Source: Sedimentisphaerales bacterium
GTDB lineage: Bacteria > Planctomycetota > Phycisphaerae > Sedimentisphaerales > Anaerobacaceae
DNA length: 64,000 nucleotides
NCBI GenBank assembly: GCA_040772485.1
Contig: JAXGYC010000007.1
Span: 608,001 to 672,000 of the forward strand
Reading direction: 5' to 3'
This document shows, one piece after another, positions 39,002-49,229 of this stretch. Position numbers and translations under genes: made by a program. The notes beneath the pieces were generated by a model. The model made no database searches, was not told the DNA's origin, and saw nothing but the letters and a program-made list of their open reading frames with translations. Within the stretch, counting starts at the first letter, position 1; every line of letters begins with the position of its first letter.

Positions 39002-40117
39002 ATGGACGTCGATCCTACAACGGTCTTGACTGGGAGTGCGGCTCGATCACGACCTTGTCATCCCGAGCGCAGTCGAGGGATCTGGCTGCGAACGGAGCGC
39101 ACGTCTCAGCTATGGCCAGACCTTTCGACTTCGCTGCGCTTCGCTCAAGGTGACAAGAAACAGAGGCGCTCCGCTCGGGATGACAAACGGGGGCGTGGCC
39201 GCGCCTTCACGCTGATCGAGCTGCTGGTGGTCATCGCGGTGATCGCGCTGCTGATGGCGTTGCTGGTCCCCGCCCTCCGCGCCGCTCGCGAGCAGGCCCG
39301 AAGAGCCGTCTGCCTATCCAATCTCCGCCAGCTCACGCTCGCCTGGCTGCTCTACGCACAGGAACACAACGGTTGTCTTGTCATGGGCAGAGTCGCTGGT
39401 CCATCCATCTGGGGGCTCCCGAGCGAGCCACATCCTCCAAAAGTGTTCGGCTGGCTGGGGAGGGCCTTTGAGCAGACGGACCGTTTGGCAATCATGGAGC
39501 ATCCCGATAAGGGGAGCCTCTGGCCCTACATCAACGACGTGGATTTCTATCGTTGTCCAAACGGCGCGCCCGGCCACCTCTCAACCTACGGCATCGTCTC
39601 GGGCGCCAACGGTGCGCCGGTGGACGGAACATGTGTAGACAGCGAGGACCCAGAGACGTTGAGCCACATAGGCACGCGGGTGGGCGGAACCGTCCTGTAT
39701 CTGACCCGTCTGGACCAGATCGCGCGTCCTGGTGCCGGCAGGCGGGCGGTCTTCATCGACCTCGGCCAGCACGTTCTTGATGATTTCCGTGTATTCTACC
39801 TCCATCCCATGTGGTGGTCTGGCGACCCGCCTCCCCTCCGTCATACGAACGGCACCACACTGTCCTTCGCCGACGGCCACGGCGAATACTGGAGGTGGAA
39901 GGGCCGCGAGACCCTCACCATCCCTCGCATACTCAGTCCTATGGGCGACCTTTTCATTGAAGTCATTGACTATGACATCCTCAGCGAGGTGGCATTGCCA
40001 CGCGGCAGGCGCGACTACGGCTACAAGGTGCAGACCGAGGACGGCCTGTACGACTTGCAGCGGCTCCAGCGCGTCACCTGGGGCCGACTGGGCTATGGGG
40101 CCGAAGCGACTCCGTAG
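39002..40117 (+). CDS. Prepilin-type protein, array gene 6; H-X9-DG subfamily; 68-aa leader
   Basis: RA-FTLIELL at 39206; GSLWPYI...[18 protein letters not shown]; body resembles 48216..49001 rather than genes 1-5. Confidence 0.88.
   Translation: MDVDPTTVLTGSAARSRPCHPERSRGIWLRTERTSQLWPDLSTSLRFAQGDKKQRRSARDDKRGRGRAFTLIELLVVIAVIALLMALLVPALRAAREQARRAVCLSNLRQLTLAWLLYAQEHNGCLVMGRVAGPSIWGLPSEPHPPKVFGWLGRAFEQTDRLAIMEHPDKGSLWPYINDVDFYRCPNGAPGHLSTYGIVSGANGAPVDGTCVDSEDPETLSHIGTRVGGTVLYLTRLDQIARPGAGRRAVFIDLGQHVLDDFRVFYLHPMWWSGDPPPLRHTNGTTLSFADGHGEYWRWKGRETLTIPRILSPMGDLFIEVIDYDILSEVALPRGRRDYGYKVQTEDGLYDLQRLQRVTWGRLGYGAEATP
39056..39185. repeat. 100-bp REPIN-like element plus an extra right arm in the gene 6 leader
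   Basis: 39056..39155 near-identical to the gene 3 and 4 copies; GCTCCGCTCGGGATGACA at 39168..39185. Confidence 0.85.
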
Positions 40118-40271
40118 CGGGAAATGCGAGCATAACAACGAGGCGATGCGGAAAGGAGGTGATGCCTATGCCCTATGCAGCCTCGGGAGGCATAGGCGGC
40201 AGACCCCGGTTCGCGAGGCAACAGACGTGCCGTCCGGTGCATGCCATGATCCTCGACACCATCCCGCGCTG

Positions 40272-41930
40272 CTACGCCTGCGAGCGGGCGAAGAAGCGCC
40301 TGCGCGTGGCGCGAGGCGTCTGCGCGAAGTAATCGCGCCACCAATCGTCGGTCCTCAACGGCTTCGGCGGGTCGTCGGCCTTTCGCCATTGCAGCGATTC
40401 GCGGAACGCATGGTGGCTGTACAGCCGCATGAACTCGCCCAGGTAGACGTCGGCGACGCGCTTGTTGCCGCGCGTGATCACCATGTTCTCGTCGTTGCGC
40501 CGCGTCGAAGCGTCGCTGAAGTTGGCCGAGCCGGCGACCACGATCGGATCGTCCGTGAGCGGATCGACGAGCATGAACTTGTTGTGCACGTACCGCACGT
40601 GTGAATTCAGCTTGTTAAGTCGTTCCTTCACCCAGCCGTCGATCTGGTTCGTGCGGATGAAGTCGCCGATGGCAAACACGTTTTCCGGCATGTTGCGCAG
40701 CGCCTGAATCTCGGCTTCCTCGGCCTCGCGCTGCGCCCCGGGCGCCATCGAGCGCGTCTTCTTGTCCATCAACGCCAGCCGGAACCGCGCACGCCCGTTT
40801 CGGTAGACGTTCTTGAAAACGTCGTTCATGCCGAAGGCGAACGTCATGAACAGCCCGTCGGTGGCGTTCAGGGCGAGGTCCGCGTACCAATCGAGTGCAT
40901 CAAGGCTGTTGCGCGGGCTGAACAGCACGCTCGTCCCCGCCGGCGGCGGCCCGGCCGGCAGCGGGGAGATCGCCTCCACACGATTCTTGAGCGGCGCGCT
41001 AAGCGGGTCGTGCGAAAGCTCGGTCCAGTAGTCCAGAAACTTGGCGGCGACGGCGGGCTCTTCGACCACGTGAGCGGCGTTGGAGTGGCCGTAGATGCCG
41101 CCCTCCGAGAAGTTCGTGCCGCCGGTCCAGACGCAAAGGGGCTGGCCATTCTCGAGTTTCACGATGAACTTGTTGTGGGAGATATAGGAGGCCGGACGCG
41201 TCCGCTCCAAGCAGACGCGCGCCAGTCCCGCAGTGGCCACGGCCTGACGGTTTGCGTCCCTGGGGTAGTCGCCCCGTGCGTCGTATACGATCTGGATGTC
41301 GACACCTCGGTCCAACGTCTCTCGGACGACGTCGAGGAACCGGGCGTAGTTGAACTCGTAGGCCGCGATGCGCAGCGCGTGCCGGCTCGGCACGCACGAA
41401 CGCAGGAAGTCTTCCAAGGCCTCGTTCAAACCGCGCGACAGCCACTCGAAGGCCTTTCGGTTGGGCACATCCTGGGGGTCGCGGTCACCAAACCGGCGGA
41501 TGTACTCCTGGGACGACGTCACTCCGCGATTGAAGTAGATATCGTGGTTGCCCGTCTCGGGGCTTTCGGTGGTGATGTCGATCACGGTCGTCGCGTGGGC
41601 GACCAGGTTCGCCGGACTGCCCTTCAACGCCGCGATCGTATACTTGTAGTGATGCCCCGGTTTAGCGGAATAGTCGGCCCACTGAAAGCTCTGGATCGGG
41701 TGATCGCGCGTCGAGTACAGCGAGCCGGCGGGAAAGCCGGGATCGGTTTCCGCGAATGCCTTCATCCCCGACAGGTAATACGCCTCGTTCTCGGTGTGGT
41801 CGGTGCGATGAATCGAGAAACCCAGAAGCCCGTCGCAGTCCGCCTGGGGCAGATCGAATCCCAGCAGGACGACGTAGGTTCCTCCGACCGCGTACACCTT
41901 CAAACCGTTCGTCGTGTTCGAAACGCGCAT
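40272..41930 (-). CDS. Phospholipase D superfamily protein with two HxK motifs
   Basis: ATG after AAGGAG; HNKFIVK...WTGGTNFS and HNKFMLVD...VAGSANFS...NDEN. Confidence 0.88.
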   Translation of the reverse strand: MRVSNTTNGLKVYAVGGTYVVLLGFDLPQADCDGLLGFSIHRTDHTENEAYYLSGMKAFAETDPGFPAGSLYSTRDHPIQSFQWADYSAKPGHHYKYTIAALKGSPANLVAHATTVIDITTESPETGNHDIYFNRGVTSSQEYIRRFGDRDPQDVPNRKAFEWLSRGLNEALEDFLRSCVPSRHALRIAAYEFNYARFLDVVRETLDRGVDIQIVYDARGDYPRDANRQAVATAGLARVCLERTRPASYISHNKFIVKLENGQPLCVWTGGTNFSEGGIYGHSNAAHVVEEPAVAAKFLDYWTELSHDPLSAPLKNRVEAISPLPAGPPPAGTSVLFSPRNSLDALDWYADLALNATDGLFMTFAFGMNDVFKNVYRNGRARFRLALMDKKTRSMAPGAQREAEEAEIQALRNMPENVFAIGDFIRTNQIDGWVKERLNKLNSHVRYVHNKFMLVDPLTDDPIVVAGSANFSDASTRRNDENMVITRGNKRVADVYLGEFMRLYSHHAFRESLQWRKADDPPKPLRTDDWWRDYFAQTPRATRRRFFARSQA

Positions 41931-42161
41931 GATCGTGCTCCTTTCCGCCTTCGCTTCTCGGCAAAGAGTTTTGTTCTTCCTGCACGTGCCGGTGCCCGTG
42001 CGCATCGGCACCCTGGCCACCCATGGGGGTTCGGGCGCCCCACAAAGCCGTCATCGTGAGCCTCTTCTCGTTGCGCCAAGCAGCACAGTCTCAAGGTTGC
42101 GCGGTGATTGTAACGCGGTCTCTGCGCGCAGGCAAGGTTGTCCGGAGCCCGGCGAATCCGG

Positions 42162-43457
42162 TCAGGAAATCGGCTCAGCGAACGGGCGGATGTTCCGCTC
42201 TATCTCGGTGCATTGCTCTTCGGTCAATGGCAGTACCCCGCCCGGTATTCCGTCTTCGCCGGGGTATTCCTTCTCCAGTTGGGCTCTGAGTCTGCGGATG
42301 CTGCGAAGCAGCAGGTCGAGCTTGAACGCCGTGTCAGCGTAGGTGTTCCAGGGCTGGCTGAAACGGTCGATATCCGCCGAGATGGCGATCAGAGAATTCG
42401 CCCGGGCCCTGCTGACGTCCGCATGGTCGCGGCCACTCAAGGGCGACGAAATATCCACGAGGTCATCCAGAGCCAGCGGATGGTGGCACGCGAACGCGCG
42501 GAGGAAGTCCTCTGTTGTCAGCCGCTCGCGACCTCGCCATGACCGCGCTGCGCGTATTGGCTGGTTGTTCTTCTCGTGGGCGCGCCGGGCGTTCAATGTC
42601 TCGATGAAGAAGTCGCCCCACGATCCTGCGTCGATCTGATTCAACGCCTCGCGCTGGACGCGCAGGGCCCTGGCGCATTCGACGTCGGTGTGCCGGGTGA
42701 GGGCGGAGGCGGCGGCCAGACGGGCCTCCGGACTCAATTCATGCATCTGCACACACGCGATCAGGAAGCTCCGCGAGGCATCCGAAAGCTTTATCCGCCC
42801 GACCGCTTTGACGATCTGCCAGTCGGCCAGCAACGGCGCCTGCTCTCGCAGCATCGGAAGGTCCAACGTCGCCTGGCGCCGTCCTGTCAGGCCGCCCAAT
42901 TCACGGGCCGCCCGGTTGTGGACAGAGATAGTGGCATCCTCTGCGAGGATGGCCATATTGAGGCCGAGCAGTTCGGTTTCGGAGAGCAAAGGGAAACGAG
43001 CCCGGCGATGCTCGCTCACGAGACAATCGGGGTCGTGCAGAAGGCTCAGGGCAAATTGGCCGACCGTCATAGACGAGCCGATGTCATACTCGAGGTAGCC
43101 GACCCAGTCGCGGTCGGAGAGACGGCTTCGCAACGCGGGGACGGCCTGCTCGCCTTCGGTATGGGCCAGGGCAAGCAATCCGACGCAGCGGACCACGGGA
43201 TGCTCGTCCCGGGACAGGCCCAGGAACTTCTCGCGGTCTCCTCGCGCTATGATGGCTTCGTAGAGGGCGTACTGACGGCTGGGCGAATGCACGAAACCAA
43301 CCAGGCTGGCTTCGATGCCATCGGCTGCCCTCAGGACAGCGATCAACCTGTCCCAATCCTGGACGGACTCGCCATGCATCGGCGGTGGCGGCGCGATGTG
43401 CTGAAGATACGGCCTCACCTGCCACGGAAGAAAGAACATCCACAGGGTCAAGATCAT
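42162..43457 (-). CDS. Hypothetical helical (HEAT-like) protein
   Basis: AAGGAGG RBS; HPVVRCVGLLAL and EARLAAASAL HEAT-like motifs. Confidence 0.6.
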   Translation of the reverse strand: MILTLWMFFLPWQVRPYLQHIAPPPPMHGESVQDWDRLIAVLRAADGIEASLVGFVHSPSRQYALYEAIIARGDREKFLGLSRDEHPVVRCVGLLALAHTEGEQAVPALRSRLSDRDWVGYLEYDIGSSMTVGQFALSLLHDPDCLVSEHRRARFPLLSETELLGLNMAILAEDATISVHNRAARELGGLTGRRQATLDLPMLREQAPLLADWQIVKAVGRIKLSDASRSFLIACVQMHELSPEARLAAASALTRHTDVECARALRVQREALNQIDAGSWGDFFIETLNARRAHEKNNQPIRAARSWRGRERLTTEDFLRAFACHHPLALDDLVDISSPLSGRDHADVSRARANSLIAISADIDRFSQPWNTYADTAFKLDLLLRSIRRLRAQLEKEYPGEDGIPGGVLPLTEEQCTEIERNIRPFAEPIS

Positions 43458-43628
43458 GTTCGCCTCCTTGACGGTTCACCCGCTCGACCACAGATCACGC
43501 ACGTCTTTCGGGATACCGTAACGGCCCGGGGCTGAGAATGCAAGACTTCCGTGCGGACAACAGAACGAGGGCGGCCGGTGGCGGGTTTGGGGTGGATTGT
43601 CACGGAGGCGGCGCATAGACTGGAACAC

Positions 43629-44093
43629 ATGCCTGACCTCGACCGCTACAGGATGACGGTGGGATACAAGGGGCTTCACGGTGTCTCGGAGATCGGCTTC
43701 AAGAAACGCAGCGTCGCGCTGTCCGAGGTCTTTCCGACCGCCGACGAGATTGTGTTGTCAATCGCCGGGATTTATTGGCGCGTGGGCGAGGCGGCGGCGG
43801 TGGTCTACGAGTTGCCCGACCTGCGCTTCGAGGTCGTGGAGACGGACCGGCGGCTGGAGCTGGCGGTGGCCGATTCGCAGGGGGAATACTGTGGGCTGAT
43901 TATCGACATCCTCGCGTGCGACGCAGAACAGCTCAAGGCGATGGTCGAGGACGTCGAGCGGGCCTGCGGGTTCGTCCGGTCCAAGCTGGGCCAGGCGATA
44001 CGGATCATGGAGATCGAGGAGGCCGACTACCTCGGGCGTCTGTGGGAGAGTCTGCGTCTGCTCGCCCACGAGCTGGGTCGCGATGCGGGATAA
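43629..44093 (+). CDS. Hypothetical protein
   Basis: ORF with normal acidic/hydrophobic composition filling the gap before OmpH; start uncertain. Confidence 0.55.
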   Translation: MPDLDRYRMTVGYKGLHGVSEIGFKKRSVALSEVFPTADEIVLSIAGIYWRVGEAAAVVYELPDLRFEVVETDRRLELAVADSQGEYCGLIIDILACDAEQLKAMVEDVERACGFVRSKLGQAIRIMEIEEADYLGRLWESLRLLAHELGRDAG

Positions 44094-44179
44094 GGGCCGG
44101 CCGCGAGCCGGTCGTGCGTCACACGTGGAAAACGATAAACCAAGTCGTTTGGGAAAAGCGAACGCGGAAAGGACCATCC

Positions 44180-44773
44180 ATGAAGATGAGAATCGCACTG
44201 CTGATCTGCCTCGTAGGCATCGTCGTTTGTTCCCTGCCGAACCTGTCGGTCCTCGGCAACGCTGCGAATCGCCCGTCGCCGGGGCCACAGACGATCGCGG
44301 TCGTCCGTGTCCTGGAGATCCTCCGCGATCTGGGCGCCGGCGCCGAACGCCGCAGAGAGGTCCTGGCCGAGCGCACCGGGGCCAGCACCGAACTGGAGCA
44401 GCTTGCCCGCCAGATCAACGAGCAGGAGCAGGCCCTCAAGACGTTCACGATCGGCAGCGACGACTACCTCAAGCAGCTCGACCGCATCATGGAGATGCAG
44501 GGCCGCTACGAGAGCCGCAAGGAATTCCTCGACCGCCAGATGTCGCTGAAGCAGCAGCTCTGGACGCAGCAGACCTACGACAGAATCGCCCGCATCACCA
44601 GCGAGCTGGCGAAGGAGAGAGGATTCGGCCTTGTGCTGGCGGTCGACCCGAACGGGCTGCCGTTGTCGGAGACGTTCGCCGGCGTGATCGCGATGCAGAG
44701 GGTGGTCTATTCCGGCGGCTGCCCCGACCTCACCGACGAGGTGAAAGCCAAGCTCGCTGCCGCCAGGCCGTAG
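44180..44773 (+). CDS. OmpH/Skp-family periplasmic chaperone
   Basis: Signal peptide, IAVVRV, coiled-coil middle, LAKERGFGLVL...DLTDEVKAKL. Confidence 0.8.
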   Translation: MKMRIALLICLVGIVVCSLPNLSVLGNAANRPSPGPQTIAVVRVLEILRDLGAGAERRREVLAERTGASTELEQLARQINEQEQALKTFTIGSDDYLKQLDRIMEMQGRYESRKEFLDRQMSLKQQLWTQQTYDRIARITSELAKERGFGLVLAVDPNGLPLSETFAGVIAMQRVVYSGGCPDLTDEVKAKLAAARP

Positions 44774-44885
44774 CGTCACGTTCCCTTTCGCCGATCAGGC
44801 CTTGGGATCGCGCTGGTTTCTTGCGGCACTCATGGGAAACTCGGGGCGGTTCATTCCACACATCCGCAGAACGGTGTCGGCACGG

Positions 44886-44926
44886 CAGGAAATCCTGTTG
44901 AATGCGAACGGACCGTCTGCTATAAA
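44886..44926 (+). promoter_or_regulatory. Putative sigma70 promoter TTGAAT-N17-TATAAA with adjacent palindrome CAGGAAATCCTG
   Basis: -35 at 44898, -10 at 44921; imperfect palindrome 44886..44897. Confidence 0.55.
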
Positions 44927-45298
44927 GGAGAAGGGTCGCGTGCGTTAGGACGGAAGGCGGTTTCACTGCTCTTGAGACAGCACCGCGGCCCGGGGATCGG
45001 AGGCCCTGATGCACTGCGTGATCGCAGACACATGGCTGATGGGGGACCGGATGCCCGGCTCACGCGGCATTCCCAAGATCATTTCGTCATTCATCGCGCT
45101 ATACGTATTTCTACGTAGAAAGGAGGTTGCCGGCAGACCCTCTCCGTACCTTCATCGAAGCACGGAAAGACTCAGACGGCTCAGGCAGCCACATACGAGC
45201 GTCGAGAGAACAAGGGTGTCGACTCACTACCCAGAACGCATGCCTCCACGTGGGGCCCAAACGCTGGTGTTTTGAGTCTTTGCTGAAGGAGGATTATC

Positions 45299-48187
45299 AT
45301 GTGCGAGAGGTGGATCGTGTTGATGGGCCTGGCCGTGCTGCTGACGTTCGACAGCCGCGCTTCGGCCGAGCTCGTGGGCCATTGGCCTTTCGATGGAAAC
45401 CTGAACGACGTGGCCGGCACGGCCAACGGGACGTTCAGCGGAGGGCAGGCAAGTTACGAAAAGGGACGGGTCCGTCAAGCGATCTCCTTCGACGGGGTGG
45501 ACGACTACGCGGACATTCCATCGCCCACAAACCCATCCGTTTATACGATTGCCGCGTGGATCAGGCCGGCCAGGACGGACGCGGCGGCGGTCATCACGCG
45601 GACGGACGCGTCGGGACCGACCACAAGCTGGTCGCACCAACTGCGAATCAACGCGGCCGGCCAGTTCCATCACTACCTATGGGTGGGTGCGGAGCGCCAC
45701 GTGTCCGGCACGACAGTGATCGTCCCGGATACGTGGTATCACGTGACCATCATGGCCGAGAATGACGGGCCGATGCGCATCTTCGTCAACGGCATTGAAG
45801 AAGGGACTTCCATCAGCACCGCCGGCACGCTCTGGGCCACGGGCACCCGGATCTTCGTCGGGTCCAACTCCGGTCACAGCATGGGCTGGTTCCAGGGCTT
45901 GGTGGACGACCTGCAAATCTACGATGAGGCCCTGGCGGCGGACCAGATTCGCAAGGTCATGCGTGGTGACGCCGCCATGAGCTCCGACCCGTACCCGGAG
46001 GACGGCACCGCAGACCTCCCTCGTGACATGGTCCTGCGCTGGTCGGCGGGCGAATTCGCGGCCACACACGACGTGTATTTCGGCACCGTGTTCGATGACG
46101 TCAACGATGCGAGCCGGGCCAATCCGATGAATGTGCTCGTTAGCCAGGGGCAGACTGCGGCCACCTACGATCCGATCGGCGTGCTCGGTTTTGAGACGAC
46201 CTACTACTGGCGCATAGATGAAGTCAACGCTGCGCCCGACAATACGATCTACAAAGGTGAGGTCTGGAGCTTCACGACTGAGCCGGTGGCCTATCCGGTC
46301 GGAGCAATCGTTGCCACGAGCAACGGGATCTCGGAGCCGGGCGTGGGACCCGAGAACACGGTCAACGGTTCAGGGCTTGACGCCGGCGATCAGCATTCGA
46401 CCGCCAGCGACGACATGTGGCTGGCCACACCAGGAGCCGACCCCCTGTGGATACAGTATCAGTTCGATCGCGTCTACAAGCTGCACCAGATGCTCGTCTG
46501 GAACTACAACGTCCAGTTCGAACTGCTCCTGGGTTTCGGAATCAAGAACGTGACCGTCGAGTGCTCCGAGAACGGGACGGACTGGACCGCTCTGGGCGAT
46601 TTCGAATTCGCCCGGGCCACCGCCAAGGCGACATACGAGGCAAACACCACCGTCGAGTTCGGCGGGATTGCGGCCCGGTTCGTCCGTCTGAATGTCAACA
46701 GCGGCTACGGGATGATGGGCCAGTTCGGACTCAGTGAGGTCCGCTTCCTGTTCATCCCCGCCCAAGCCCGCGAGCCACAGCCAGCCGACGGAGCTACCGG
46801 CGTGGCGGTGGATTCGTCGCTGAGTTGGCGTGCGGGTCGCGAAGCCGTCTCACATGAAGTCTACTATGGCACCGATCCAAACGCGCTGAGTCTGGTGGGT
46901 ACGACGGGTGCAGCCGGCTATACCCCCGAGGCGCTGACCTTGGCGACGACCTATTACTGGAGAGTGAACGAGGTCAACGAAGCCGATGCGATTGCGGCGT
47001 GGGAAGGCGAGGTCTGGAGTTTCACGGCCCAGGAGTTCCTCGTCGTCGAGGATTTCGAGAGCTACAACGACGACATCGACGCCGGTACGACAATCTTCGA
47101 TGCCTGGATCGACGGTTGGATCAACAACACAGGCTCGACCGTCGGCTACTTGAACGCTCCCTTTGCCGAGCGGACGATCGTCCACAGCGGCCGACAATCC
47201 ATGCCGCTGTTCTATGACAACACAGACGTTTCTGTCTCGGAAACCGAATACGCACTGTCGCAGAATTGGATGACCAATGGCATCCAGAGTCTGTCGCTGT
47301 ACTTCCACGGCGATCCGAAGAATGGCGAGGCCCAGTTGTATGTTAAGATCAATAACACCGGAGTCGTCTATGATGGCGATCCTGCCGACATTGCGCGGCC
47401 GGCGTGGCAGGTGTGGAACATCGATTTGTCTGCCGCAGGCTCCGATCTGAGCGACGTCACCAGCTTGACCATCGGACTTGAGGGTACCGGCGCGACGGGC
47501 GTGGTGTTTATCGACGACATCCGCCTGTATCCCTGGACACCCCAATATATCACAGGGGCCGATCCGGGCGACGAGGGTCTGGTGGCCTATTATACTTTTG
47601 AAGGCAATGCCCACGACGGTTCCGGCAACGGACACGATGGGACGTTCACGGACGGTACCCCGGAATGGACCACTGGCCGACACGGTCAGGCTATCCTGTT
47701 CAACGGTACCAACGGGTACGTCGATCTGGGCAACGATGAGGCGATGAACCTCACCGAGGCGATGACGGTCGCCTGCTGGGTGAGAGACGATGGGTTTACG
47801 CTTGGGTGGCAGGCCATTTTCACCAAAGGTCTGGGCTGGCGTCTGCAAAGGAACGGCATTCAAGCAGGTCTGGAGTGGACGTGTCCGCCCAGCCCGTATC
47901 TGTTCAGCAGCAGCACGGTGGACGATGGCGAATGGCACCACGTGGCGGGCACGTACGACAGCCAACGTCAGATGCTCTATATCGATGGGGTGCTGGACGT
48001 TGAGCAGGCAGTATCCGGACCGATAGGGGCGACCTCATACCGGGTGCTAATTGGCTCCATCGACACCCTGACAGAGCGCGTCTGGCACGGCCCAATCGAT
48101 GAAGTGCGTCTTTACGGCCGGGCGCTGTCGCCGGGCGAGGTGCTCTGGTTGGCGGACCAAACCGTGCCAAGGCACAAGCCGTTCTGA
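45299..48187 (+). CDS. Secreted multidomain protein: LamG + discoidin/F5-8-like + carbohydrate-binding-like + LamG
   Basis: [19 protein letters not shown]...[16 protein letters not shown]...[18 protein letters not shown]...GPIDEVRLY. Confidence 0.85.
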   Translation: MCERWIVLMGLAVLLTFDSRASAELVGHWPFDGNLNDVAGTANGTFSGGQASYEKGRVRQAISFDGVDDYADIPSPTNPSVYTIAAWIRPARTDAAAVITRTDASGPTTSWSHQLRINAAGQFHHYLWVGAERHVSGTTVIVPDTWYHVTIMAENDGPMRIFVNGIEEGTSISTAGTLWATGTRIFVGSNSGHSMGWFQGLVDDLQIYDEALAADQIRKVMRGDAAMSSDPYPEDGTADLPRDMVLRWSAGEFAATHDVYFGTVFDDVNDASRANPMNVLVSQGQTAATYDPIGVLGFETTYYWRIDEVNAAPDNTIYKGEVWSFTTEPVAYPVGAIVATSNGISEPGVGPENTVNGSGLDAGDQHSTASDDMWLATPGADPLWIQYQFDRVYKLHQMLVWNYNVQFELLLGFGIKNVTVECSENGTDWTALGDFEFARATAKATYEANTTVEFGGIAARFVRLNVNSGYGMMGQFGLSEVRFLFIPAQAREPQPADGATGVAVDSSLSWRAGREAVSHEVYYGTDPNALSLVGTTGAAGYTPEALTLATTYYWRVNEVNEADAIAAWEGEVWSFTAQEFLVVEDFESYNDDIDAGTTIFDAWIDGWINNTGSTVGYLNAPFAERTIVHSGRQSMPLFYDNTDVSVSETEYALSQNWMTNGIQSLSLYFHGDPKNGEAQLYVKINNTGVVYDGDPADIARPAWQVWNIDLSAAGSDLSDVTSLTIGLEGTGATGVVFIDDIRLYPWTPQYITGADPGDEGLVAYYTFEGNAHDGSGNGHDGTFTDGTPEWTTGRHGQAILFNGTNGYVDLGNDEAMNLTEAMTVACWVRDDGFTLGWQAIFTKGLGWRLQRNGIQAGLEWTCPPSPYLFSSSTVDDGEWHHVAGTYDSQRQMLYIDGVLDVEQAVSGPIGATSYRVLIGSIDTLTERVWHGPIDEVRLYGRALSPGEVLWLADQTVPRHKPF

Positions 48188-48215
48188 GGTCGGCTTCAGC
48201 AGGAGTCCCTTCCTT

Positions 48216-49001
48216 ATGAGGCGGAGTGCATTCACTCTTATTGAGTTGCTGGTGGTGATTGCGGTCATTGCCGTCTTGATGGCCATCTTGATGCCCACTC
48301 TCAAGAGGGCTCGAGAGCAGGGGCAACGTGCGGCCTGTCTGAGCAATCTCAAGCAACTGCAACTGTCGTGGATCCTGTACGCCGATGACAACGACGACAA
48401 GCTGGTCAGCAGCGAGGCCGGCGGCACATGGAAGAACCTGTATGGAGACCCGTGGGTCGGTGTGACGTGGGCCTCTGATTGGGCGCAAGGAGGCCAGTTA
48501 CCCGAGAAAGACCAACTCGACGGGATTCGGAGCGGTGCTCTGTGGCCGTATGTCAGGGCAGAGGATCTGTATCAGTGCCCCACGGGATACCGCGGGGAAC
48601 TGCTGACGTACGCCATGATGATCTCCATCAACGGCCGATCGGTTGACGGCAGCCCCCAGTTCAAGAGAAGACTACAGGTCCCGCGACCGGGGCAGAGACT
48701 CGTGTTCATTGACGAGGGCCTCGCCAGTCCTGATGCGTATTCCACTCGCTACAATCAGGCCGCCTGGTGGGACCAGCCGACGACTCGCCATGGGGACGGG
48801 ACGAACTTCACCTATGCGGACGGCCATGCGACATATCACAAGTGGCAAGGCCTTGAAACAATCAAGAGAGGACGCGACAGCGTTCGGTCGCATCCGGGGA
48901 TCTGGGGCCCGGCGAGCGAAGAAGGCCGTGAGGATGTGCAATGGGTGCAGTATGGGATCTGGGGCAAGTTCGGGTACGAGACGGCAATCGGAACACGGTG
49001 A
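48216..49001 (+). CDS. Prepilin-type (DUF1559-like, H-X9-DG) protein with short leader
   Basis: [34 protein letters not shown]. Confidence 0.9.
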   Translation: MRRSAFTLIELLVVIAVIAVLMAILMPTLKRAREQGQRAACLSNLKQLQLSWILYADDNDDKLVSSEAGGTWKNLYGDPWVGVTWASDWAQGGQLPEKDQLDGIRSGALWPYVRAEDLYQCPTGYRGELLTYAMMISINGRSVDGSPQFKRRLQVPRPGQRLVFIDEGLASPDAYSTRYNQAAWWDQPTTRHGDGTNFTYADGHATYHKWQGLETIKRGRDSVRSHPGIWGPASEEGREDVQWVQYGIWGKFGYETAIGTR

Positions 49002-49229
49002 AACGCGAAAAGAAGAAGACGAGGGAAGCAACATCGATCCAGGACGGGAAGGGAGGTGGTTGGGCCAAAGCGACGGCTTCAATGACTCCGGAGGGGCGAG
49101 AGGCGGCCCCTGCCTTCGGCCAGGCAAGCTTGGGAATGAATGAGTCTTCTCGTCGGTACAGCAGCACAGGTTGTAATATGTTTTCGGAGCAAGGTTCGAG
49201 CGGGCAAGGTTCAGTGAAGGAGGACGACC

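Noticed and set aside
33502..40117. CRISPR array or integron cassette array
   Set aside because: Repeats are about 1 kb apart and inside reading frames; no cas or integrase genes, and I could not identify attC-type core sites.
33502..40117. Diversity-generating retroelement
   Set aside because: No reverse transcriptase in the window and no TR/VR pair differing only at adenines was apparent.
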